Position numbers and translations under genes: made by a program
The notes under the pieces: model-generated
The model's input: the letters and a program-made list of their open reading frames with translations, nothing else
What the model was told of the DNA's origin: nothing
Databases searched by the model: none
Shown: positions 8,307 through 16,810 of the stretch, piece after piece
How positions within the stretch are numbered: the first letter of the stretch is position 1
How the letters are laid out: the number at the start of each line of letters is the position of its first letter
Assembly: GCA_965279375.1 (NCBI GenBank)
Contig: OZ257156.1
Location: 256,001-320,000 of the forward strand
Source: Gemmatimonas sp.
GTDB lineage: Bacteria > Gemmatimonadota > Gemmatimonadetes > Gemmatimonadales > Gemmatimonadaceae
Direction of reading: 5' to 3'
DNA length: 64,000 bases

Positions 8307-10364
8307 ATGCCCGCTCGCAAAGCGACGACCAAAAGCGCGAAGTCCAAACGTGCCGCAACCAAAGGCACGGCCGCCAAAGGGGCTGCCGCAAAAAGCGCTG
8401 TCGCCAAGAGCGCGACACAGAAGGCTCCGGCCACACCGCCGCCGTTCGAAATCAGTGACCGTGTGAAGTTGCAGGCCACGTCGCGTGCACACGGCTACGA
8501 CTACGCGCGTCCGCGCATGCTGCGTATCTACACGCTCGACCCGTCCGTATCATCGCTGCTGGGTGGTACGGCCACCGTCGCGGTGCCCTGCGAACCGCTT
8601 GCGCCCGGGCCGGTTGGATCGGTATTCGAAGTCGATGGCTCCGGCGCGCCGACTGCCGTGCGCAATGGAACGACGGGGCCGCTCTCGATCGACCTCGAGG
8701 CGCCGTCCGCGCTGATGTCTGCGGGACTCGCGCCGACGCCTGCCGACGGGCGCTTCCACCTGCAGATGGCGTACGCGGTCTGCAGTCTGACCTATGGAAT
8801 CTTTCAGCGCGCGCTTGGCCGTGAGATCATGTGGGCCAGCGGCTATCGCGCCAACGAGCGCGAACCATTTCGTCTGCGCATCATCCCGTTCGCATTGCGC
8901 GACGAGAAGAACGCCGCCTTCGATCAGGAACTGGGCTCGATCTCGTTTGGGTACTTTCGCGCGGGCAGCAACCCGGGCGGACACACGGTGCCCAAGGGAC
9001 TGATCTTCACGGCGCTCTCGCACGACGTGATCGCCCACGAAACCACGCATGCGCTCCTGCATGCACTGCGCGCGCAGTTCGCCACTCCGAGCAATCCGGA
9101 CGTGCTCGGCTTTCATGAGGGCTTCGCCGATATTGTCGCGCTGCTGATGCACTTCACGTACGCCGACGTCGTGCTCGAAGCGATGCGGGCGAGCAAGGGC
9201 GCCATCGCCAATGCCACGCTGCTCACGGATCTCGCCAGGCAGTTCGGCCAAGCGACCTCTCGACCCGGTGCCGCCTCCGCATTGCGGACCGCGCTCGACG
9301 TAACGAACGTGCACGCGTTCGACTCCGATGCATTTGCTGCTGGCACAGACGCCCCACTCCAGTACGCCCCGACGCTCGAAGCGCATCGCATGGGCTCGGT
9401 GCTCGTGTCGGCAGTGTTCGAAGCATTTGCCACCGTCCTGCGGCGACGGAGCGCACGCTACTTCCGCATCGCCGGCGTCGCGCCAAACGACGCGCGCGAA
9501 TCGGAGCTCTCCGACGATCTCGTGCGCGCACTCGCGGCAGAGGCCACCGAGACGGCTCGGCAGTTCCTCAACATCTGCATTCGCGCCATCGACTTCTGTC
9601 CGCCCGTGGACATCAAGCTGGGCGAGTATCTGCGCGCGCTGATCACGGCCGATGCGGATGTCGTGAGCGACGACAAGTACGGCTACCGCGAAGCGCTTAT
9701 GCGCTCCTTTCTCAGACGAAAGATCTATCCGGAGAAGCTCGAGTTCCTGTCGGAAGATGCGTTGCGCTGGAAGCCGCCCACGCTCGACACGCCGATCCCC
9801 GGCCTCGCGCTCTCTGACCTGCGCTTCGGAGCCGATTTCACCACGCCCGCTGGCGAAAAGGAGATGCTGCGCCGAGCCAACGCGCTCGGACGGTTCGTCG
9901 TGCGCCCTGAGGTGGCCAAGGCACTGCACCTGATTCCACTCGGCACCGCACTTCCCAAGCACATCGAGTACGCCGCACCCGTGCGCGTCGAATCGATTCG
10001 CACGACACGCCGCGTGACGCCGGATGGTCGCGTCGTGTTGGAGCTCGTGGCAGAAGTCACGCAGAGCTGCACGGTGCGCGTGGGCGCGGACCTGATGGAC
10101 TTCGCCGGCGGCTGCACGCTCATCATCGATCCGGCGGGCCGCATTCGCTATGCGATCTACAAGAATGTGCTCAGCACGTCGCGACCCAGCACGCAACACG
10201 CGGCGGTGACCGGCGCGCTCAGTGCATTCTGGCAACAGACCGACGGCAAGTTGACCACGCGCCCCAATCTCCTGCAGCAACTGCACCGGAGCGGCGCGGC
10301 CGTCCCGAAGCGAGCAACCAATCGCCGGAAATCATCAAACGGCAAACGAGGGGCAACGCGATGA
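8307..10364 (+). CDS. Gluzincin/peptidase M4-like zinc metalloprotease (685 aa) with basic N- and C-terminal tails and no signal peptide
   Basis: SHDVIAHETTHALL (HExxH), GFHEGFAD (ExxxD third ligand) and EAHRMGS (thermolysin-like His). N-terminus MPARKATTKSAKSKRAATKGTAAKGAAAK. Confidence 0.85.
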   Translation: MPARKATTKSAKSKRAATKGTAAKGAAAKSAVAKSATQKAPATPPPFEISDRVKLQATSRAHGYDYARPRMLRIYTLDPSVSSLLGGTATVAVPCEPLAPGPVGSVFEVDGSGAPTAVRNGTTGPLSIDLEAPSALMSAGLAPTPADGRFHLQMAYAVCSLTYGIFQRALGREIMWASGYRANEREPFRLRIIPFALRDEKNAAFDQELGSISFGYFRAGSNPGGHTVPKGLIFTALSHDVIAHETTHALLHALRAQFATPSNPDVLGFHEGFADIVALLMHFTYADVVLEAMRASKGAIANATLLTDLARQFGQATSRPGAASALRTALDVTNVHAFDSDAFAAGTDAPLQYAPTLEAHRMGSVLVSAVFEAFATVLRRRSARYFRIAGVAPNDARESELSDDLVRALAAEATETARQFLNICIRAIDFCPPVDIKLGEYLRALITADADVVSDDKYGYREALMRSFLRRKIYPEKLEFLSEDALRWKPPTLDTPIPGLALSDLRFGADFTTPAGEKEMLRRANALGRFVVRPEVAKALHLIPLGTALPKHIEYAAPVRVESIRTTRRVTPDGRVVLELVAEVTQSCTVRVGADLMDFAGGCTLIIDPAGRIRYAIYKNVLSTSRPSTQHAAVTGALSAFWQQTDGKLTTRPNLLQQLHRSGAAVPKRATNRRKSSNGKRGATR

Positions 10365-10438
10365 TGCGCTGCCCCTCGCTGCGGTGTTGCGAACGACCTA
10401 TCGCGTGTCGCGACTGATCGCTGCGATCGACCTGTGGA

Positions 10439-10909
10439 TCAGCGGCTGATCGTGAAGACGTACGCGGCCACGGCCTTGATCTGGTCGTCGGACAGCGGCG
10501 TGCGTCCGCCCTTGGCGGCCATCGCGAACTTGTGCGACGGATCCTTGATCTGATCCATCGGCACGCCGTTGATGATCGTCTTCACGATGTCATCATAGCT
10601 GCCGCTGCCGTGCTGCCACTTGATGCCCTTGAACGCGGGCGCGTTCGCCGCACCAACGCCGAGCTTCCCGTGGCAACGCTGGCAGTTGCCGTTGTTGAAG
10701 ATGGAATCGCCGAGGGTGACCATCGCCGTGGTGACGCCGGCGGGAAGCTTGTTGGACGGCGCGGCCTTGGCGGCAGCGGCGTTGTTGCTGGCGGGAGCCG
10801 GCTTGGCCGCGGCGCCGGCAGTCGCGCCGGTCTTGGCGCCACCGCCGCACGCGGCGGCCGCGGCCAGCGCGACGGCGACGAGCGCAACTCGAGATGCGTG
10901 ACGAATCAT
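10439..10909 (-). CDS. c-type cytochrome lipoprotein
   Basis: Lipobox AAAAC, Ala/Pro linker, haem motif CQRCH, distal Met in FAMAAKGG, C-terminal LSDDQIKAVAAYV. Confidence 0.88.
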   Translation of the reverse strand: MIRHASRVALVAVALAAAAACGGGAKTGATAGAAAKPAPASNNAAAAKAAPSNKLPAGVTTAMVTLGDSIFNNGNCQRCHGKLGVGAANAPAFKGIKWQHGSGSYDDIVKTIINGVPMDQIKDPSHKFAMAAKGGRTPLSDDQIKAVAAYVFTISR

Positions 10910-11110
10910 CGGACGGGGAGGGTTGGATAGGTGTCGGTAATAGGCGGGACGGGCACATTATGCGCGCTCGCCACGGCGGCGGCTAGGTGCGCGCGGGATG
11001 TCCATCGGACGCCGTGAGATGCCCATGGGCACCACGTCCGACTATTGTTCCTGTCTTGTCGCCGGTTCGTCACGGCCGCTGCACTCTTCCGCCCCGCTCC
11101 GAATTCCGTC

Positions 11111-11599
11111 ATGGCCACCCCGTCTCCTTTTCGCTCGCTCCCGTCCGATCGTCGTGTGGCGCTCATTCAGCACGCCATCACGGCGCACAAGGGAGCGCGC
11201 GCAACGTATATCCAGCGCTTGGTCGCGCGTGGCGGCGGCTTTCGTGCGGCAACGCTGCAGAGCTGGGCTGCCGATCGGTTGGCCCGTGAAGTGGTGCGTC
11301 TGAACGCACAGAACGCGTTCGACGAGCTGGAACTGCTGCAGCTCCTGTACGTGGACCTCGAGCCGGCCACGCAGATCACCTTCCTCGATGCCGCCGGCGT
11401 GCCGCATGAGAACGGCGTGATGGACGAGAAGCTCGAAGCGCCGTACGCTGATGCCGCCGCCGTGTCGCGAGGTGCACACGCCGTGCTTGCCGCGCACGGT
11501 GAAGACGGACGCCGATATCTGCGCACCCTCGCCCGCTACAACCTCGCCGCCTGGCCGGAACTCGACACGCTGCTGGCGACGCTGGACGCCGAGAGCTGA
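11111..11599 (+). CDS. Hypothetical protein (162 aa)
   Basis: Coding-like codon usage; MATPSPFRSLPSDRRVALIQ...QITFLDAAGVPHENG; family not recognised. Confidence 0.75.
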   Translation: MATPSPFRSLPSDRRVALIQHAITAHKGARATYIQRLVARGGGFRAATLQSWAADRLAREVVRLNAQNAFDELELLQLLYVDLEPATQITFLDAAGVPHENGVMDEKLEAPYADAAAVSRGAHAVLAAHGEDGRRYLRTLARYNLAAWPELDTLLATLDAES

Positions 11600-11603
11600 G
11601 CGA

Positions 11604-12770
11604 TCAGTCGGCGCGTGGGTCGCTGTGCACCAACGACTGTAGATCGATGAAGTGCAACGCCGGCGCCAACTGCTCCCCCAGCAGAAGGCGCCGCGCCACA
11701 TGCCCCACCGAGCCCGCAGCAAAGCGCGCTTCACTCGCCAACTGCGGGTAGCCGCACAGCCGCGTCTCGAGCGCCAACAACGACTGGCGTGATCGCTCCG
11801 AGATGCGATCCCACCCACCGAGCCACTCCGTCAAAGCACGATAGAACTCGATCGTGCTGCTGTATGCGCTCCGCGGCTTCGGCGGCTCCGACACGCGCCC
11901 GTGAAACATCGGCAGCCCGGCAACATTGCCGTATGGCTCGATGCTCAGGAATCCGTTTTCATCGGCCGCGTAGGTGAGATTGAGCCGCTCGCGCATCGCC
12001 CACTCGCGCGCCGCGTGCTTGATCGGCAGCCCGTCGCACTCCTCGAGCAGCAGGTCGAGTCCCTGCATGAAGGTCGGCAGATTCTCCGTCGTGATGCCGT
12101 CGGCGAAGACGATCACGCGCAGATACGGATCGATGCGGGCGATGCGCCGCGCGACGATATGCGCCTTGTTGTGCCCCAGCTCGTCCACGCCGGCATGCAA
12201 CCGATTGAGGTTGGAGAGATCGAGCCGATCGAAATCGGCGATCACGATCTCCCCGCACAGGTGCTCCTGCGCGACGGTCACCGCGGCCTCACCGCCAACG
12301 GACAACCCCATCACGCCGATGCGCTTGGTGCGCAGTAACGCCTGCTCCTCCTCCGTGATCTTGTCGTGATTGCGATTGGTGATCACCGCGAAGTACGCGT
12401 TGGGCGGCAGCAGGTGCACGAGTGTGCGCATCCATCCAAACCAGACCCACAACCCCAGCACGTCGGTGCCACCCTCCCTCGATTCCACGGCCGCACGCAT
12501 TGCCAAACGTTCGTTCGCCTGACTCGGAGACGGGTAGCGAATCGCGCTGAAGTCGTCGAGCTGCCGAGCGATTTCGTCCACGCAGCGAAACTGCTGCGCG
12601 GACACGAGCTGATCGAGTCGCGCGCGCTCGCCCGGTGCGAGCGTCACGAAGAGCGGACTCCAGTCGCACTCGGCCGGCAGCGAGTCGCGCTCGAGCGCTT
12701 CCGCAAAATCGGTCAACGACCACGGCGCGTACCGCGCGCGATCGGATCGCTGCGCGTCGATGAGCGACAT
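11604..12770 (-). CDS. ThiF/MoeB-family adenylyltransferase, Rv1355c/MoeY-like N-terminal type (388 aa)
   Basis: ATG overlaps the upstream TGA (TGATG). WVWFGWMRTLVHLLP, TNRNHDKIT..EQ, IGVMGLSVG, ADFDRLDLSNLNR, NKA, LEECD, PQLAS. Confidence 0.82.
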   Translation of the reverse strand: MSLIDAQRSDRARYAPWSLTDFAEALERDSLPAECDWSPLFVTLAPGERARLDQLVSAQQFRCVDEIARQLDDFSAIRYPSPSQANERLAMRAAVESREGGTDVLGLWVWFGWMRTLVHLLPPNAYFAVITNRNHDKITEEEQALLRTKRIGVMGLSVGGEAAVTVAQEHLCGEIVIADFDRLDLSNLNRLHAGVDELGHNKAHIVARRIARIDPYLRVIVFADGITTENLPTFMQGLDLLLEECDGLPIKHAAREWAMRERLNLTYAADENGFLSIEPYGNVAGLPMFHGRVSEPPKPRSAYSSTIEFYRALTEWLGGWDRISERSRQSLLALETRLCGYPQLASEARFAAGSVGHVARRLLLGEQLAPALHFIDLQSLVHSDPRAD

Positions 12771-13765
12771 CACAGCGACTTCTCCCACGTCTCGCCCATC
12801 TGCTTGATGCCGAACTCCTCGTGCTCGTGCGACTCGACCATCACGAAGCCTTCGGTCTTGTAGATGTTGCGCGCCGCCTTGAGCACCGAGTTCGTCCACA
12901 ATGTCATGCGTCGGTATCCGCACTGCCTGGCGAATTGCAGACACTCCTGAACCAGCTGACGACCCACCCCCAATCCGCGGGCCGATGGCTCCACATACAA
13001 CAGTCGCAGCTTGGCCACCTGTCGCGACTTGCGGACCACCATCACCGAGCCGACGACCTGTCCGTCTCGCTCGGCGATCCAGCAACGCTCCCAGAACGGA
13101 TCGTAGTTGGCAATGAAGTGCGCCACGACTTCGGCCACCAACCCTTCGAAGAGTCGTCCGTAGCCGTACTCTTGCTCGTACAGCACAGACTGGCGGTGTA
13201 CGAGGTAGCCCAGCTCGCCCGGCAGCGGTTCGCGCAATGTGAACGGTCGCGCTCCTTCGCGCGGAGGCATGAGCAGCTGCTCGATCGTGTCCATCGCACT
13301 GATGACGCGCTGTCGATCGACGGCCGGCAGGGCGTTCAGGATCGCCGATGACACCGCATGCGATTGCGTATTGAGCGAGGTGAACGCGCGACGCCCGGCG
13401 GCCGTCAACGAGAGCTCCATGTGCCGCGCATCGTGAGCGGCACGCGTACGAGACAGCAACTTCTGTCGCGCGAGTCCGTTCAACACCCGGCTCAGGTATC
13501 CTTGATCGAGATCCAGCACCTCGGCGAGTTCCGCGGCCGTCGGCTTGGTGCGCTGCGCGAGCTCGTAGAGCACCCGCGACTCGGTCAACGTGTACGGCGA
13601 ATCGAGCAACCCTTCGCGCAGCACGCCGATGTGGCGCGTGTAGAAGCGGTTGAAGCGCCGCATCGCCGACGCCTGTTCGTGAATCGCGATCGCGCGCTGC
13701 GCAGCGTGTGCGGACCGAGGCTTTGCTACAGACTTGGCGGTAGCGCCAACGCGGCGTGGGGGCAT
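12770..13765 (-). CDS. Bifunctional MarR-type HTH regulator / GNAT acetyltransferase
   Basis: GGAG SD before ATG 13765. MarR part RRFNRFYT...LTESRVLYEL...LDQGYLSRVL...DAR...LTAAGR; GNAT part AKLRLLYVEPSARGLGVG...LWTNSVLKAARNIYKTEGF. Confidence 0.9.
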   Translation of the reverse strand: MPPRRVGATAKSVAKPRSAHAAQRAIAIHEQASAMRRFNRFYTRHIGVLREGLLDSPYTLTESRVLYELAQRTKPTAAELAEVLDLDQGYLSRVLNGLARQKLLSRTRAAHDARHMELSLTAAGRRAFTSLNTQSHAVSSAILNALPAVDRQRVISAMDTIEQLLMPPREGARPFTLREPLPGELGYLVHRQSVLYEQEYGYGRLFEGLVAEVVAHFIANYDPFWERCWIAERDGQVVGSVMVVRKSRQVAKLRLLYVEPSARGLGVGRQLVQECLQFARQCGYRRMTLWTNSVLKAARNIYKTEGFVMVESHEHEEFGIKQMGETWEKSL

Positions 13766-13818
13766 AGAGGCTCCGAGGCGGTGCGAATGTCGAGTGATTG
13801 GCGAGAGTATCGGCCAAT

Positions 13819-13837
13819 TAGTTGCCTTTGGCAAGTA
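13819..13837. promoter_or_regulatory. Probable MarR operator overlapping the MarR-GNAT promoter
   Basis: Imperfect palindrome TAGTTGCC-TTT-GGCAAGTA (7/8 arms) overlapping a minus-strand TTGCCA-17 nt-GATACT promoter-like arrangement. Confidence 0.6.
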
Positions 13838-13880
13838 TTGGGTTTCTGCCACTTCGACTTTGCTCCGCGCCGCCAGTCGC

Positions 13881-15194
13881 CTACCGACCTTCGCGGTCCC
13901 TGCCCTGCCCCGCCAGCGCGTACACCGCAGCGCCGCTGGCCAGCGTCAGCACCGCCGCCCCCAGCACCAGCGGACGCTGCAGCAGCACGAACACCAGCAT
14001 CCACACACTCAGCGCAATGAACAGCATCGGCGTGAAGGGATAGCCCGGCACCAGGAACGGTCGGTCCAACTGCGGCTCCGTACGACGCAGGCGCAACAGT
14101 CCCATCACCGTCACAAGGCTCGAGAGGTTGAGCACGAACCCGGCGTAGGCGAGCACCGTCTCGAAGGCGCCGGTCAGCAGCAGCACGGCGACCAGCGCGA
14201 ACTGCAAGGCGAGCGCCGCGCGCGGCACGCCGTTGCTCGAAACGGCACCGATTCGTGCGAGGCGCGGAGTGCCCGCACACACTGCCTGTGTGGCGCGCGA
14301 ACCCGCCAACGTGAGCCCACTGATCCTCGCCACCAACGTCATCGCGATCACGCCGCTCATCCAACGTCCGCCAGCGTCACCAGCGATGCGAGAGGCAGAC
14401 AGCGCGCCGACTTCCACCGTGCCACCCAACGCCGACAGCGGCACCGTCCGCAGGAACACCCAATTGAGAAGCACATACAACGCAGCCACAACGCCAACGC
14501 TACCCGTCACGGTGCGAGGAATCAGCCGGTGCGGATCCTTCACATCGCCCGCGATGTAGCCGATGGAATTCCAGCCGGTGTACGCGTAGATGACGTAGAT
14601 CAACGATACGGCATACGGCGCGCTCACGATCTCGGCAAATGCAGCACGTGTCGGCGCGAACGAGAGCGGCTGCACGGGTCCGATCGCCAGACCGAGGACG
14701 ATGAAGCTGGCGATCAGCACCACCGTAGCCGTCGTGGCGAATACTTGCAGTCGACGCGCCGCACGCAGCGTGCTCCAATGCACGATCGCCACGAACACCA
14801 GCACGGCGAGTGACGCCTGCATCTCCGTCACAGGAAGCAGCGCCGACGCATAGCGCCCAAAGGCGATGCCGGCGAGTGCGATCGGCGCGGCAAATCCCGC
14901 GGTCATCGACACCCATCCGCCGAGGAATCCGACCCACGGCCTCCAGGCACGACCGAGATAGACGAACTCTCCTCCCGAGTGCGGAAGCGCCGCGCCCAGT
15001 TCCGCGTACGACAGCGCGCCGGTGAGCGAGAGCACGGCGCCGAACACCCAGAGCGAGAGCAGCGCGAAACCTTCGTGCACCGTCAGCACCTGAAAGCCCA
15101 ACGCCGTGAACACGCCGGTGCCCACCATGTTCGAGATGAGCATTGCGAACGCCGTCGCCGCGCCCACGCCGCGCGCGGAGTGCGTCGTCGTCAC
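13881..15194 (-). CDS. APC-family amino acid permease
   Basis: NMVGTGVF, ALSYAELGAALPHSGGEFVYL, YAYTGWN, RPFLVPGYP; about 12 hydrophobic segments. Confidence 0.9.
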   Translation of the reverse strand: MTTTHSARGVGAATAFAMLISNMVGTGVFTALGFQVLTVHEGFALLSLWVFGAVLSLTGALSYAELGAALPHSGGEFVYLGRAWRPWVGFLGGWVSMTAGFAAPIALAGIAFGRYASALLPVTEMQASLAVLVFVAIVHWSTLRAARRLQVFATTATVVLIASFIVLGLAIGPVQPLSFAPTRAAFAEIVSAPYAVSLIYVIYAYTGWNSIGYIAGDVKDPHRLIPRTVTGSVGVVAALYVLLNWVFLRTVPLSALGGTVEVGALSASRIAGDAGGRWMSGVIAMTLVARISGLTLAGSRATQAVCAGTPRLARIGAVSSNGVPRAALALQFALVAVLLLTGAFETVLAYAGFVLNLSSLVTVMGLLRLRRTEPQLDRPFLVPGYPFTPMLFIALSVWMLVFVLLQRPLVLGAAVLTLASGAAVYALAGQGRDREGR

Positions 15195-15229
15195 TCAGCG
15201 CTCATCGGTCGGCGCGCATCGCTCGGCGC

Positions 15230-15853
15230 TCATCGCGTCGACATGCCGTCCATGCCGGGCATGTGCGCATGCCCGCTATCGGGTGGAGTCGGGCCCGGTG
15301 CGGTGGACTCCGGTGTATCGGAGAGATGCTCCTGCACAATGCGCCAGCGACCATTCTCGCGTCGCCAGAAGGTGGTCCACGCGCCGCTCACGATGTGCGG
15401 CGTGTTCATCGGCGTGCGATGCGGGATGCGATACGTGAAGGTCATCAGCGCGGCATCGCGCGTGATGATGTCCACGTAGCGCGATCCGAATTCGAACGTG
15501 GGACCGCGCATGTTCTGCCCGACGCGCTCCCAGAATCCCGCGATCTCCGTCGCGAGCGCGGCACGCGTTGTCGTCACGCGTCCGGCGGCGGCGGAGATGA
15601 CGCGGCCGCTGTCGGCGTAGAGGCTCAACAGGCGCGTGGCGGCGTCGGGACGCGAGAAATCGTACGCCTGTTCCACCATCTGCTGCAGCGTGTCGGCGAT
15701 GGCCTGACGCTCGCTCGGCGCGAGTCGATCGCTGGGGCGACACCCTTGAAGCGAAGTGCCCATCATCGCGAAGGCGATGAGCAGCAGTAGTACCACGTGG
15801 CGGCGCGCCAACCCGACGAGAGGTCGGCGATGCACAGGCGAGGACGGAGTCAT
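15230..15853 (-). CDS. NTF2/SnoaL-like (DUF4440/YybH-type) putative lipoprotein
   Basis: Hydrophobic leader ending LQGC; C-terminal GAWTTFWRRENGRWRIVQEHLS typical of the NTF2-like fold. Start codon uncertain. Confidence 0.72.
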   Translation of the reverse strand: MTPSSPVHRRPLVGLARRHVVLLLLIAFAMMGTSLQGCRPSDRLAPSERQAIADTLQQMVEQAYDFSRPDAATRLLSLYADSGRVISAAAGRVTTTRAALATEIAGFWERVGQNMRGPTFEFGSRYVDIITRDAALMTFTYRIPHRTPMNTPHIVSGAWTTFWRRENGRWRIVQEHLSDTPESTAPGPTPPDSGHAHMPGMDGMSTR

Positions 15854-15991
15854 GCGCAAACTTGGCGACCGGGACGCGCGCGCGCCTAGTCGCCTGGCTG
15901 TCTCATTCCAAGGACGGTGGGCTGTCCTGCATCCGGGACGTTCGACGCCGCATCTGGCACCCGTTGAGTCGTGTTCCATTCCACCGTCTTG

Positions 15992-16006
15992 TGGCGTGGC
16001 TTTTGC
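15992..16006 (+). promoter_or_regulatory. Candidate sigma54 (-24/-12) promoter
   Basis: TGGCGTGGCTTTTGC fits TGGC-N7-TTGC with correct GG/GC spacing, upstream of the gene at 16123. The same bases also form a hairpin CGTGGC-TTTT-GCCACG, so the call is ambiguous. Confidence 0.4.
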
Positions 16007-16122
16007 CACGTTCTGTTTCCGATAGCGCGCGTCGGCCAGCCTCCACGGAGCCGGCGACCAGCAGCTGGTCATGACCTGAACACCCGTCGTTGTCACGGCC
16101 CCTACGGGCCACGGAGGAGCTG

Positions 16123-16791
16123 ATGCGCAAATCCCGAGGCTTGTCGGCTGTGATCGCGTTGGCCGCGACCGTCGCGCTCTCCGCGTGCAGCAGTGCGCCG
16201 AGTGGCTCGGACGCGATGACCGCCGATCTCGAACGGGACTTGCAGCTCGCCGCCTCGGTACGGCCGGCACGCTCGCAGGCTGTGTCGTCCGTCGAATTGG
16301 TCGCCAACGGTGGAGAGAGTGGCCAGAACCGCGGCACGCGCGCGCTGGTGCGCACACCGCGGCGAGCGCCGACGCCCTCTCCCTCCGAGGCCACGCAGGA
16401 AGTGGCCGCACCGCAGGCACCCGCCGAAGAGCTGGCCCCGCTCCCTTCGCCCACGATCACAGAGACCGTTACCGCCCCAGCGCCGGCGCCGGTCGTCGAG
16501 CCCGTGGCCACCTCCGAGGGGAGCGGCCCGTACGTGGGCAGCTCACCCGGTACGTACGGCGGCATCGATGAGGGCGACCGCGATCGTGGTCGCGGCGACG
16601 GCAATCGCGGTCGGGGCCCTGGCGTCATCATTCGCGGCGGCTCAGCCGGCGAGGACCACTGCCAGCCGCGTGGACGCCGTGGTCCCGGTGGCATCGGCGG
16701 AATGGGTGGCATCGGCGGCAACATCGGTACCGTGATCGGCATCATCGGTGGCATCTCCGGCGGACGCCGCACACCCTATCCGCGCTACTAG
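16123..16791 (+). CDS. Pro/Gly-rich low-complexity lipoprotein
   Basis: GGAGGAG SD; lipobox LSAC; Pro/Ala/Glu linker; Gly/Arg/Ile-rich C-terminus. Confidence 0.75.
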   Translation: MRKSRGLSAVIALAATVALSACSSAPSGSDAMTADLERDLQLAASVRPARSQAVSSVELVANGGESGQNRGTRALVRTPRRAPTPSPSEATQEVAAPQAPAEELAPLPSPTITETVTAPAPAPVVEPVATSEGSGPYVGSSPGTYGGIDEGDRDRGRGDGNRGRGPGVIIRGGSAGEDHCQPRGRRGPGGIGGMGGIGGNIGTVIGIIGGISGGRRTPYPRY

Positions 16792-16810
16792 TCTGGACAC
16801 AGACCGCGGC

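Noticed and set aside
11604..12770. ThiF/E1 as part of a CBASS/Bil-type ubiquitin-like defence system or a RiPP cluster
   Set aside because: No E2, JAB, ubiquitin-like, cyclase, YcaO or precursor-peptide gene nearby.
11604..13817. 737-aa ORF as one fusion protein
   Set aside because: The N-terminal half is an off-frame read-through of the MarR-GNAT gene; ThiF-like sequence starts at ATG 12770, coupled to the upstream stop.
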